A stretch of DNA of 64,000 nucleotides. Source: Felis catus (lineage: Eukaryota). Position numbers and translations under genes: made by a program. Within the stretch, counting starts at the first letter, position 1; each line of letters opens with the position of its first letter. The DNA is taken from the NCBI RefSeq assembly GCF_018350175.1, contig NC_058368.1, forward strand, positions 102,178,001 through 102,242,000, in the 5' to 3' direction. Of the stretch, positions 51,889 to 64,000 are shown in pieces. Below the pieces are notes generated by a model. It was not told the origin of the DNA, ran no database searches, and saw nothing but the letters and a program-made list of their open reading frames with translations.

Positions 51889-52639
51889 AAGAAAGATCAT
51901 CCACCTGGTATAGTGACTAGCGCCCTGGGACGGGGAGGGAGAGGGACCTCCTTTACCCCCAGGACAAGGGCTCACACATCAGGAGAAAGGAGGAATCCAG
52001 GCACAAGGTATGAATGAGACAAGAAATCCCCTGGATGCAGGCACCAGATTCACAGCCAGACCTGGACGGATCTGGAGGACAGAAAAAGTCCCTCTTTGAC
52101 CTGTACGTGCAAAGAATAAACTATGGCCACGTCATCAGCTTGGCAAGCGCTTTAGCACTCTAAATGAAGGATAACGGACAGTGCATGTCTTCAGGGAAGA
52201 GCCCCCTGATTTACAGCACGTACCCAGACAGGGTCCAACTTCAGGCAGAGGACAAAGAAGGCGAGGTCCAGACAAGTTAGACCATCTAGATTTCAACAGC
52301 GTTACAGTGGGCGGTAACATCAACATCCCCAAAACAGGACTCTTCCTTAGGCTAAGCCACATCTCAGATTTCTCTCTCTGCCTGAGGCTGTGGTAATCAC
52401 AATTCACTCTTGGGTCTGAGCAATCATTACTGTTCTTAGAAGGTTGTCAGGTGAAACCCAGGAAGAAGGAGAAAAAAAAAAAAAAAAGATCATCCCCCCA
52501 GGGCAGGGAACAGGGGCTCAGAGTCACTGACTTTGAATGTGTAAATTTTATATCCCACACCGGGGACGTAAGCACCACCGAGTTTTCACTGTGGATTTTG
52601 AGATTATCCAGTGTCCATTCATTTTCTAACAGGACTCTT

Positions 52640-53035
52640 GATTTCTTCTGGGAAATGGCTTCTCCACTGGACATAGTCTGCTGGGACAATAATCGGGCGC
52701 CAAGCCCTTCCCGAGCCCAAGGGATCAGACCACAATACAGACTGAGACAAATTGAGGTCCTTTCCCCAGTATTTAAATCTGAGCATAAGGCCAAAGGTCC
52801 TGGAAACGACTAAATCTCCCCTCCATCCCCAAAGACGGTTCCTGCAGGGAATTCTAGAGCATCGTGCTTCTTCGCCTCTAGTGCTGCCCTATTTCCTGCC
52901 ACATCCCAGCAGGGTCTTCTAGACTTCTGGTAATTCTGTGTGCCTCTGATATCCTTCCAATAAATTCCTTCTAACTTGAGTCAGCCAAGAGTCATTGCTA
53001 GGGCTTACAGCCAAGGACATGTAACCAGTAAATAC
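52640..53035 (+). mobile_element. Old MaLR/ERVL-type LTR fragment
   Basis: 3' end CCAATAAATTCCTT..CTTGAGTCAGCC..GCTTACAGCCAAGG..AATAC. Confidence 0.5.
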
Positions 53036-54223
53036 CAACACTCATACGAGGGTCACGGTACACAACCCATTGGTGCATTTCGCACCCACCTTACTTTCAC
53101 AACACTGCGACGCAGCTAGAGAAGATATTATTGATTCTCACTCGGCACATGAAAAAAAACACGAAGACATAAAGGGCTTCAGCAATTTGCCTGTGGTCTC
53201 ACAGCGAAACAGTGTCCCCAAACCCAAAACTTTTGACCTCACACCCGTTGCCATTCACACCGCGTGGCAGGGAGGTCTCAGCTCCTTACCTGTTCCCCAT
53301 AAAGCAGAAGGAAAACAGGTTTAATTGGACATAGCCACATTCCTTCATTAACATTCATGTGACCACTGTCAGGGGACTCATCTTCAATTCCCTTTCAACG
53401 CACAAGGATCTAGACGGAAAAACATCCTTTAATATACTGCTACAGTGGGAGTGGAGCCAGACCACCACAGGATGACTTATCTACCTTTGGCAACAGTGAA
53501 AATGATGACAAAGTGGCTCTAATGTCCCCTATAATGGTTGCCTTTTAGGAGAGAGGTACCGAGGTCCATCATCACAGTCAAGAATCAAATGTCTCCCTGG
53601 AAACCAAAACAAACTTGCCTATTTCCCCCAAAGGGCACCAGCACCAGTCAAGAAGGCTCTGAAAATGGGCCATGCGTCGCCAATAACTATTCCTCTGACT
53701 GAAGAGAATTCCAGACTCTTTTCTTGAGCCATAGGACTAAATTTAAAGTATTGGTGGAACTTGGCTGATCACTGCCATGTTTGTCTAAAGCCAGTAACAT
53801 TCTTCTGCAATATAAAAAAACACTGTATAATTTGCACGAGGTCACATTTCAGGTCTTGGGCAATGTTGGCAACAGAGGTAAATAGTTCAGTCTAGCGTTA
53901 CGGCACTGCAAAATCACCCCAAAGCATTGGCCTGAGGCCCCTTCATCAGACACCATGATGAGGATGTAAACTTAAGAGTTTCTACATCCAGCATCACTAT
54001 TCGGCTCCCGTCTTGGAGCAAGGTTTCTCAGAGCAAAGAAAAAACTCAGTCCCTGCTCTCACCTCCTTTACAATCCTGTAATATTTGCCGATATAGAAGA
54101 CAGAACCCTCCAAAACAAGGCTTGCAATATAAGCACTAAAGAAACAAACATGACAGGAACGAGTTCGTGTACATGTTCAACTCATGCAGCCCTTACAATT
54201 TTTTAGTTGTATTAAAAAATTCT

Positions 54224-54446
54224 GGGGCGCCTGGGTGGCGCAGTCGGTTAAGCGTCCGACTTCAGCCAGGTCACGATCTCGCGGTCGGGGAGTTCGAGCC
54301 CCGCATCAGGCTCTGGGCTGAAGGCTCGGAGCCTGGAGTCTGTTTCCAATTCTGTGTCTCCCTCTCTCTCTGCCCCTCCCCCGTTCATGCTCTGTCTCTC
54401 TCTGTCCCCAAAAAAATAAATAAACGTTGAAAAAAAAATTAAAAAA
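54224..54446 (+). mobile_element. Young Can-SINE
   Basis: TSD AAAAAATTCT on both sides; near-consensus body. Confidence 0.96.
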
Positions 54447-55876
54447 AAAAAATTCTGCTTCTCACCATCTACTTCCCGTCAACGTCTATTTCAGACCCTT
54501 TTATTTTAAAAGATAATGCCATCTAGATAAAATATATTTTATAAATTATAACAATTTCATGACCTTCCATGAAAAATCTGCAAAGTTTTTCTTCAACATC
54601 TTCAAGTATGAAAATCAGATATTCTTTTACAGCAGGGTTATCGTGGGGGAAAAAAAAAACCTATTTCCTCTTAATACGTATATATGCACAAATTAGGGCA
54701 CTTAACCCTGCTGGTTTCACTCAAGCTTGAGTTTGTACTAACTGACTCCACATTTATTCTACTGGTTTGATTGGATTTGCTACTTAATTTTTACAAAACC
54801 GATTTATTGAAATGAAACTAAAACCTTTATGGCCCTAAAATAGAAGTCAAAGTCTAAAAGTGACCAATAAGCGAAAGAAACACATAAAGCGGTAAAGAAT
54901 AAAAGAATTTACATAACTGCCAATAATCACATAATTATGACCTGCCAATAAGAATGTCTCCGAACAACTACGGGAAGAGATTCGTGAAACATGTTTTCGT
55001 TTCCAGGTAAAAGGCACATCTAAAATGGACAGAGTTGAGTGAGAGTTGAGTAGCACTACGGTCAACGTGAGGGCTGCGAGGCAAATTTGAGTGCCTCTCT
55101 CAACTCTGCCTTCCTCTACTGACTATTTTTCTTCCAGCTTGGTGACCCCTTAGTCATTTTATTCTCTTTTCTTTTTTTTTAATATACTGCTCCCTTTTGC
55201 AGGTCAAGCCCATGGCTAATATAGCTCTGTGACCAACAACTACTCTTAATGTCTACATCAGCTATGGGCAAAAGTGAATCACATGTTGAGGACAACCAAG
55301 AAATAATTCATAAGGTGTGATTTTGGAAAAGGGAGGTGGAGAGTGCTACTGATATTGTTTGTTTTTACCTTGAGAGGGGGGAAACAAGTCTTCCGCAATT
55401 AAAACGTTAGATTACTGCAAAGACTAAAAATTCTTTTGCAGCCTTTCCATTCTGTCTTGACGGCATGAAAACAATTTTTTTTTTACATGTAATTACTTAT
55501 AGAGTACAGAAAAATGCCTTTGGAGTCTAAGGGAAGCCTACTTGATTTGGCGGGGAAGGGAGGGGGAGAGTTAGTTTCCACAATGTGCTTGCTTTCTTTG
55601 ACCTTTCTACAGCTGTCTGTTGTCTACACATCTGACAGGCTCTGCCTAAGACGCCCAAGTAGATCAAATTTCCTTTTTCCTTTCCCCAGGTTAATGACAT
55701 TTGCTGTGAAGGCCAGGTGATTACTACAGAATTTGGAACTGGAGACAAGGAGCCAGAGGGCTGGATCTCAAGAATAATATCCTCCATTTATCTGATGAGC
55801 GTATTGTCAAAGTTCCCAAGTTATTCATCTATATAAGTAACATTGCCACCCACCAGGCATTTCCTCAGAGAGCGGC

Positions 55877-55904
55877 GGGGGGGGGGGGGGGGGGGGGGGG
55901 GGGG
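55877..55904. repeat. G28 homopolymer
   Basis: Counted directly. Confidence 0.95.
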
Positions 55905-56330
55905 CTCTGATACTCATCCTCTAGTTTCTATAGAGAACAAATTCAAGTCCCATTTTGAGTCACCTTGAGGTGTTAAATACTTTACGTATTCCAAAATGTA
56001 CATTGCCAAAAGAAAAAAAAAGATTTACGATCATTTGTGTTTTGTTACTTCTCTAAATATGCTATTTCTCAGCTTCATCACCCACTTGCTTGTTTATCAG
56101 GCTTGCTTCCAAATACATTTTGACGGTCTTCCAAATCCAAATACCCTCCAAGGATGAAAAATCACTGGTAACACTATTTGGGGTATTCAGAGACTGAGGA
56201 AATATGCCTGATAAAGCTGCCCTAACAGTGAGGCCTTGGATGCTGGGGCCGGCTTTTGCCAGAATGATATTGATTATCCAAGAAGGACACTTGAGAGCTA
56301 ATCAAGACACCTTCTCTTCTGCGTGCGTGC

Positions 56331-56361
<31 letters not shown>

Positions 56362-57525
56362 CCTTTCAATCAAGGTAAATGGTATCCTAAGGTAGAAACA
56401 TGGAGAAGAAAAAAATAATCCTTAAAATCATTTGGTTTGGGAAACACTACTAAATCTCCTACTCACATTTCCCAGTGGCTACGACGCAGAGCCTCACTAA
56501 GGGTAAAAGGGTACGTGCCTTCCATTTGTGTTGTATTCCTGGATCTTTATGCCTACCAGCCATCCATACGATGAGCAATCCCTATCCAGAGACCTTTCTA
56601 ATTTCCTCTTTGTGCCTGGTGTTATTTCAGGAACCAAAGTGTGACGAATGCCCATGCTTCTTCAACACAGTAAAGTTTCATACCGTTTCCCTTATGGATG
56701 CCACAACACATACGTGAATTAATGCAGAATGGGTGGGTTTTCACTCCCTGAAGCAGCTCTAAGACATTGCCCTGTGGACTCTTCAGCATGCGGGGTCACA
56801 GAAGTCCAAAGGGAAAATAAAGGGCAGAACATACGATCCTTGACTCTTGAATGAGCCGGGGTGCCAGGAGTCACTGACACCCTAGAACGTGGATTGAACA
56901 CTAGTATTTCTCAGGTAATTATGATCTCAGCTGGTTCTAATGGAGCAGTAATAGTTTGGCAGATCCAGTGGGGGGTATGCGTTTCAGATCCCGCCCAAGT
57001 TCCAGGGAAGAAAGTTATTCTTTCACCTCAGGAAAAAAAGAATAATTGACCTATTGGGACAAAAGAGAAAATTGACTACAGTTCCTTTGGCACTAGGGTC
57101 CCTTGTCATTTAGAAAATGGTGATTGGATTACAGAGTGGATTAGCATAATTTAGTAGCAAAAGCACTTGTAACCATTTATCTTCAGGACAAATGGCTACT
57201 GAACCTTGTTTCTTCCATTCCTTCTCTTCTACGTATCTCGTTTGGTAGAACAAAAAAGCGATGTGGCACAGTCCATGCCCACTGTGAGGAAGGTAAGTAC
57301 TGCCTAATAGAGTATTAGCAGAAGCGAAAAAGAAAAGTACCCTCTAGATCTGTAGGGTTCACAGGGCTAAGGGTGGTCATTTGGAATAATTCTGATTCTC
57401 TGCATTGACTAATCAATGATTTATCTTAGAGTTTTCTGAGTCACCTTTTAAAAACGAAAGTAAGACATACATTTTTTTTAAGTAGCACAGAAGTCATTTT
57501 AAATTCTAAAAGATTGACCTTATCT

Positions 57526-57745
57526 GGGGCGTCTGGGTGGCTCTGTTGGTTAAGCATCCGATTTCAGCTCAGGTCATGACATCCCAGTTTGTGGGTTCGA
57601 GCCCTGCGTCGGGCTCCATACTGACAGCTCAGAGCTTGGAGCCTGCTTTGGATTCTGTGTCTCCCTCTCTCTCTGCCCCTCCCCTGCTTGCGCTCTGTCT
57701 CCACCTCTCTCTCAAAAAAATGAATAAACATTGAAAAAACATTTT
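57526..57745 (+). mobile_element. Older Can-SINE
   Basis: Full body and tail; no 3' TSD visible. Confidence 0.92.
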
Positions 57746-60489
57746 TCTGTCTTCATTCCTCTCCACCTCCACAGTGGTGCTTCCCAGAGACAACTACCTT
57801 AATCTCAATGTTTCTAGTTATTTAGTTAATGCTAAATGTTTACTGAAATTGCTGATTTTCTTTGGGCATTCTTTTTTAACTTGAAGATGAGGATTTAGCA
57901 AGGTAAAGACTGAACCAATCAAAGTGTTTGGATTAATCTGACATGTAAAATAGTGTTGACTACAAAGCTCAGCAGGGTGCCAGGATTCTATTTCTTTATT
58001 CGCAGGCCCAAAGTCATAAACTGTGTACCATTTAAAAGCAAAGGATCAAGAGATCTAAGGACTCAAATGAATGACTCTTTCTTAAAAGTCATTAATTACA
58101 AGAAATCGTTTCATATTTGGGTTTGTTCCATTTTTCAACCATTATTCCCTTGCAACATTGTGTTGTGTTTGTTTTGCTTTATTCTTCCCCGGGTTTTGTA
58201 ATTGCCTTTTTCTTAAAGGGAAAACAAAAAAATTCGTATACTTGTTATCCATAAAACATCACTTTCAGTAAGTCTCCTTCAGTTCTCACTAAGAGGTCAG
58301 TCATTCCCACCTTTTAGCCCCTATGGCACACATTTTGCCTATAGTTCTCGTTTAGTAGAAGACCAGCTAGAGACAGCATTCTACGGCACTAAAACTGCAC
58401 GGTGAGGTCTATGTCTACTGAAGTAGACTACGAATTCTTTAAAAAGAAAAAAAATTCCTGTCTTTCCATACCCTACCTCACACACAGGGCCCCGTATATA
58501 GTTAACGTTCATTATTTTTGTTGTATGAATAAACAAACACAACCTGTATGCAGCTACCTCCCTAAGGACTAAAGCTCACTCACTCATGCCAACCTCTCAC
58601 CTCCCCCCTGCTTTTCTCTAGGTTCACCTGGGAACATCTCAAATTAGAGACTGTAAGTGTTAAGCTGTTTTCTTAAAAATTCTAGGAGAATATACACCCA
58701 TGTGTTATCCTCTGACCTTGAAAATAAAAAACAAGTATCATCACAAAGGTGGAGGCATTCTCCCATTTGCCCTCCGTGTATCTCCGTGTATCAGATATTT
58801 TATGACGAACTTGAAGATAGAAAATATCTGATAGACTCGAGTTCATTAACACTTTTTTCTCTTTCCTTTAACGCCCATTTAAAACTAAACACAGAATAGA
58901 CATATAATCATATGAAATGCATACACTTAAAGACCTGGAATAGGTAAAAATAAAGACACACATCAACCCCTACATGAGACAAATGAGATCGACTCCCTCT
59001 CTGCCACCATGATCAGATTTTTCTCCACGTAACCTTTGACGACAAGTGTTTGGGGGGACTTTCCAAAGTCTGGTTTATTTCATGTAATCACATTATTTCC
59101 TGTTACAGCAGGGCCTTTTAGGACACTATTTATAAAACTTGTAGGACAGAGGCTTTAAAAACGCACTCACATTTATTGGAAGTGGTTTGGTGTTAGTTTC
59201 AGGCTAAATGTCAGTTTAGGGGAACAGCTCTTTTGTGACCCACTATCCGTCATTATGGTTGGAGTTCGTGTGACGACAGCAAAGTCATAGTAACTTCAGC
59301 TCCCCAAAATTAAAGATCAAAACAGATCCCCTTAGCTGAACCATGACCCTGACAGAAAGGGTTTCCTCATCCCCAGTGATAAATTTCACCAACTCCCTAC
59401 CGTGGCCCCTTCAAATCTTCTCCAGACCATCAGAGTATGTGCTGTCCTTGATTATGCCAAATTTTTGCTGGGCGCGTCTTTATCATTCTCTTGCAGACAT
59501 GACTGTGCGTTTCTATCACAGCACCACCATAGCTTCGGCCTTAAACGCGTGTTTGCAGAAAAAATGTAGCAATCTTTTATATGGCAATCTTCTTCTAAAA
59601 CAATTACCAAAAAACTCCTTATATAAACTTTTCAAAATTAGTACTGTGGGCCTTAATCCTTTGCCTCTGATGAAACAATTTTATTAATAATTATATTTTC
59701 TAACAGCTCACAGCGGGAGATTTCAGGGAACTGGAGAGATGACGAGGCTTGAGAGGACACCACTGTCTAGTATTGTCATTCAGGCATGTCTGGAATTGTT
59801 TGATGAATTAGTAAAACAGAGGCATATTTTCATGGAGCGGGGTTACTCTGAGGGAAACAAAGTGATCCCAAGAGAAAAACTTAGCCTCCCAGAAATGTGT
59901 TTCCTTTAAGAAGAGAGAGGCTGTTAGATCAACAGTGGAAAAAAAACAACAACACTTCTCTAAAATTTTGAAGACGCAGGATGTGGGAGACACTGCCATG
60001 AGAATCCTCTAACAAATGAGGCAGATGGAGTGAGCTGCTCCTCTTCTCAGACCACCGCACAGTGGGCACATCCACTCAGGCAGTCCCTGTGGTCCATCAT
60101 GCCACTGGGAGGGAACCGAGTGCTTGGGAGAGGAGCAGGAAACACCATAGGGTCTGAGTTGAGGGTAACACCAAGTGGCAATGTGACCACTGGAAGTTCT
60201 GACTCAACTAGTCTGTTTGTGATCATGTGTGAAATGGACCCAGATGTACTTGAGAGTTGATTTTAAGAAGTTCCAGGAACTAGAGAAGTAGGTGGAGTCA
60301 GAAGTCCGTGACATTTGGTTTATCCGTTCCATCATTATTTATTTAGTTCTGACTATGTTCTAGTCATTGTGCTAGACATGGGTAATTGCAGTTGAAGTGA
60401 CCCCAGCTGTACCCCCAGATGGGATGGCCAGGGAAAATCCTGGCTGTAATAAAATTTAGAACAGCTGCTCACAACAGCAAACTATAAAA

Positions 60490-60955
60490 ATAAAATTCAA
60501 ACGGGGGAAAACATGACCACTGTTTCAACAATGGGATGTCAAGTTTTCTCTCATCCAGTTGGCAAAAATTTTAAACATCAGTAACATCAAGAGTTGACAA
60601 GACAAAGGGAAATATGTACTCTCACGCAATACAGATTTGAAATGGGAATGAGAGCAACGTTTTGAAAGCAACTCGGCCACACGTATCAAGGCAGAAACCC
60701 CCACTTCTCTTCTGTCATGGAGAGAAACACCCATGTAGGTTCGCGAATATACGACTACAAGACTTTGCAGTAGATATTTATGGTGAAAAGCTAGTAGCAA
60801 CCAAAAATTTGCCCATGGGGAATGGCTAAACAGAATACGGCTGATCCCTGGAATGAAGAACTAGATGACCATTTAGAAGAATAGAGTAATTCAGAATTCA
60901 CTGATACAGAAAAAAAACTCCCGGACACATTGTTGCTGGTACAGAGGAAAATCGA
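60490..60955 (+). mobile_element. Ancient L1ME-type ORF2 end/3' UTR relic
   Basis: TTGGCAAAAATTTTAAA..GTACTCTCA..TTTGAAAGCAA..GAATGGCTAAACAG motifs. Confidence 0.65.
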
Positions 60956-60959
60956 GCAC

Positions 60960-61185
60960 AGAGGTTGCAGGCACTGACCTGGATGTGAATCCTGCCTACT
61001 TGCAGACTGTACAATCCCAAGCAAGTTACTTAATCGCTCTGGGCTCCTAGTTTTCTTCTAAGTAAAATGTGGACACAAATAATACTAACCCTCATAGTAT
61101 TGTTGGGAGGATAAAACGTAGCATGTTTACAGCAGCGCCTAGAACATAAGTACTCAAGAACTATTAGCTATCATTACTATTATTT
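60960..61185 (+). mobile_element. MIR
   Basis: GACCTGGATGTGAATCCTGCCTACTT..GCAAGTTACTTAATCGCTCTGGGC..GTAAAATG..TATTAGCTATCATTA. Confidence 0.85.
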
Positions 61186-61268
61186 TTCAGAATTCACCAA
61201 CTGAATACCTCTTTGCGCACACACTATCACACATCTACACACACATATATATGCAATGAAAGTGATCC

Positions 61269-61380
61269 GGGGGCATCTGGCTGGCTTAGTTGGTAGAGCA
61301 TTCGACTCTCGATCTTGAGGTTATGAGTTCAAGCCCAAGTTAAATGCAGAGATCACTTTAAAAAATAAAAACCTTTAAAA
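61269..61380 (+). mobile_element. Short tRNA(Lys)-derived carnivore SINE lacking the CT region
   Basis: GGCTGGCTTAGTTGGTAGAGCATTCGACTCTCGATC..GAGTTCAAGCCC; TSD GAAAGTGATCC at 61258-61268 and 61657-61667. Confidence 0.85.
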
Positions 61381-61384
61381 AAAT

Positions 61385-61621
61385 TTTTTTAATGTTTATT
61401 TTTGAAAGATTTTTTTTATCGTTTTTATTCATTTTTGAGACAGAGAGAGACAGAGCACGAGCAGGGGAGGGGCAGAGAGAGAGGGAGACAAAATCCAAAG
61501 CAGGCTCTAGACTCCGAGCTGTCAGCACAGAGCCCAACGTGGGGCTCGAACTCGCGGACGTCGAGATCATGACCTGAGAGGAAGTCAGACGCTTAACTGA
61601 CTGAGCCACCCAGGCGGACCC
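61385..61621 (-). mobile_element. Can-SINE nested in the tail of the short SINE
   Basis: Host tail AAAAAATAAAAACCTTT is approximately duplicated after 61621. Confidence 0.93.
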
Positions 61622-61929
61622 AAAAACTAAAAATCTTTTAAAAAGGAAAAGAAAAAGAAAGTGATCCTCAAGGATATACACACCAGTCAAGAAAAAGCAC
61701 TGATAAGTTCAGAGGAAATTTGGCTTAGAGATGACTCAGGGGAATTTTTACTTCCATTAGTAATCTTCCCATCCCAATTTTTTGGTATTATTATGATTTT
61801 AAATACTAAAATACATTGAGCAAAAAGAAACAAACCGCCTAAGGAGGAGGAAGAGAAAGAAAAAAAGGAAAAAGAGAAGAAGGATAAAGACCCAGGGCCC
61901 CAAGCAGAGGCAGCCTGTTGAACATTAAG

Positions 61930-62416
61930 GGCAGCAAAATGTTCCTGGGTATAAGAATTTGAGGGTGTTATTTTGGGAAAGAGGAGAAGACAGAAAAGCA
62001 GAGTAAAGTTGCCCTGTTACAAGGGACATTTGCATTTATAAAAGAAACACCCATTTGCCAGGAATAAGAGGATTGTAAATCAGAAAAATCTGGCCTATGT
62101 TGAATACATCTAAACCTGCGTAACAAACCCTACCCTTCCATTTCTTGACAATGTTGCGTAACTGCCGCTGCCCATACACACATACACACGCACACACACA
62201 TCTTTTGGGGGAACTTTAACGATAACACTGAATCTGGTGGCTTAGGCTGCCTCACAGTTATTAATTCTTCTCTGGCTATCGCCCATAACTTTACGATGTA
62301 CACATGTTAATAATAAATCATCTGTTCGTTTGTATCTTGTTAATCTGTCTTTTATTACAAAGGCTCAGCCAGGAACTCAGAAAAACAGAAGAAAACGTTT
62401 TTTTCCCTCCCCTCCA
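61930..62416 (+). mobile_element. MER34/MER39-like ERV1 solo LTR
   Basis: 3' end AATAAA..TCTTGTTAATCTGTCTTTTATTAC..TTTTTCCCTCCCCTCCA mirrors the LTR at 7820; 5' boundary approximate. Confidence 0.65.
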
Positions 62417-62623
62417 AACATAATAATAAAATCTATGGCCCAAGCCCCTAAGTGTCATTACCTGGACTCGATAAAACATTATTGAATAATGTTACTTCTG
62501 GAATAATGGAAGTAATGATTTTTGAATAAAAAAAAGAAAAACACTAAGAATGTGGGCCAGTAATTTCTCAGCGGTTATCTAGAAAGTCCTTATTCAAAAA
62601 GAAGAAGAAAGAGTCTTCATTCC

Positions 62624-62659
<36 letters not shown>

Positions 62660-62668
62660 CGTGTGTGT
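62624..62668. repeat. (TG)n(CG)n(TG)n microsatellite
   Basis: Read directly from sequence. Confidence 0.95.
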
Positions 62669-64000
62669 AGCATTATACGTTTCATGCGACTTCCTACCAT
62701 TCCATGCCCGTTCCAATGCGCTTTTGTTTTCTTTTGCTTTCTTTCCCTTTTCTTTCTGTTAGACTGTTTTGAGCTTTGTAAAGCTCTGTGTAAATATTAA
62801 ACATGAAACACTAATTACAAGCTGATAAACTTAGTCTTTGTTGCAAGAGTGATAGTAACTCCACGCTGTCAACTCAGGGCTTGACAACAAAATGCCTCGG
62901 TGCAAAGAGCCAAGCCTCTAGAAAGAAAGGCGGCTTTGGGTGCCAAGAAGTTAGCACCAACTGCCTTCACGAGGCTCAGGCAAGCTGTTTAAGAAGCAGC
63001 CATCAATGGAACTGCAAAACCCAAACTTAAGAAAATGCATGCTTGAACGGGTGGCAAGCCCAGGGAGTGCTGGAGCCCGCTCACTTAATCCCCGTCAGAG
63101 ATGAGCAGAGGCGAGACCAGGGTGAAACAGAGCGGCTGCACCGTCATCCACCAGGAACCCCCCTTCTTCAATTCACCCTGTGCTGCTTGTTCTATTCACT
63201 CAACTCCTAGCCGGCTCTACCCCCTTCTCAACGTACCCCACAAGCCCTTTGAGCCCCATCAGGGAAGGCAAACAAGCTTGCCCACAAAAGACCTCCCCGT
63301 TTCAATACAGAGGAGAGAGAACACGGTCTATGAGCGGACACTGCAGATTTACAGGCACGAAAACCCGGACGTTTGGCCAGAATTTCAGACGCGTTGAGAC
63401 CCAGGAGCGGAACAGAGAACAATTATAGGGTTCTTTCCTGAGATGACCTCCTGCAGGACTACGTGGAACTTCGAAATTAATCTTAGAGGCATGTATTTAC
63501 AGTTCTGAGCATCCGAAGAACCCACCACCTTCCACTGTGAAATCAAAAAGTCTAAGCCTATATGAAAACAGTGCCTACGAGGGGTTCAAGGAGACACCCT
63601 AAGGAGGAGAGGGTGGGGAGAGCTAGCTGCCTCCCTCCCCTGCGTGAAACACAGCGTGATCACCTTACCTTACAATTTGAAAGCTTACCTCATCACACAA
63701 AGGGAGAATCTGATTCATGTGTCAAAACCTTAGACGATTCACTATTTGGGGGCCTCTCTTGTCAAACGCAATTTCAGGGCTTTGTCTGGAATATCAAACA
63801 AAATCTTGCCTTTGGGGCTGGTAAGAGGAGAATTGTCTTCATTCTTTTTGTGGCTTTGACTGAAGCGGGCAAAGAAATGAAGTTTCTACCTGGGCTACCT
63901 TGGAGAGGGGGGTCATCTGCTTCAAGGTCAAACCCCTGGCTCCAGAGAGGCTCACAAAAACCCTGTCTGCCCCCTGCATTGCGGGGTTTGGAAGGGTGGG

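Noticed and set aside
61269..61345. Functional tRNA-Lys gene
   Set aside because: Stems are degenerate, and it has an A tail and TSD, so it is a retroposed SINE.
14..61690. Recurrent ORFs containing AQSLEPASDSVSPSLSAP or RERGRHRI..RLQAL
   Set aside because: Translations of Can-SINE bodies, not a gene family.
1..64000. CRISPR arrays, operons or other prokaryotic systems
   Set aside because: The sequence is mammalian; no regularly spaced repeat-spacer array or gene-dense region is present.

Overview
Mammalian, almost certainly felid (cat family), non-coding genomic DNA. The assignment rests on about 22 Can-SINEs of the feliform SINEC_Fc type and felid L1 3' ends. I cannot support any protein-coding exon; most listed ORFs are SINE, microsatellite or LINE artefacts. 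The window is a repeat-rich intergenic or intronic stretch: SINEs, MIRs, L1/L2 relics, and ERV1/ERVL/MaLR solo LTRs, with a CpG-enriched regulatory-looking block at about 27.8-29.3 kb and several repeat-free enhancer-like segments. Repeat family names come from my recollection of consensus sequences, not from a search. The most notable observations are: (1) a heavily decayed Ty3/Gypsy pol relic at about 39.2-41.0 kb on the minus strand (RT, RNase H, integrase, GPY/F-like motif, polypurine tract); (2) a SINE-L1 fragment-SINE composite inside a single 17-bp target-site duplication (TSD), suggesting one Pol III read-through retrotransposition; (3) a ~255-bp tandem duplication whose second copy carries fold-back/template-switch signatures. 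No new biological system is demonstrated by this sequence alone.
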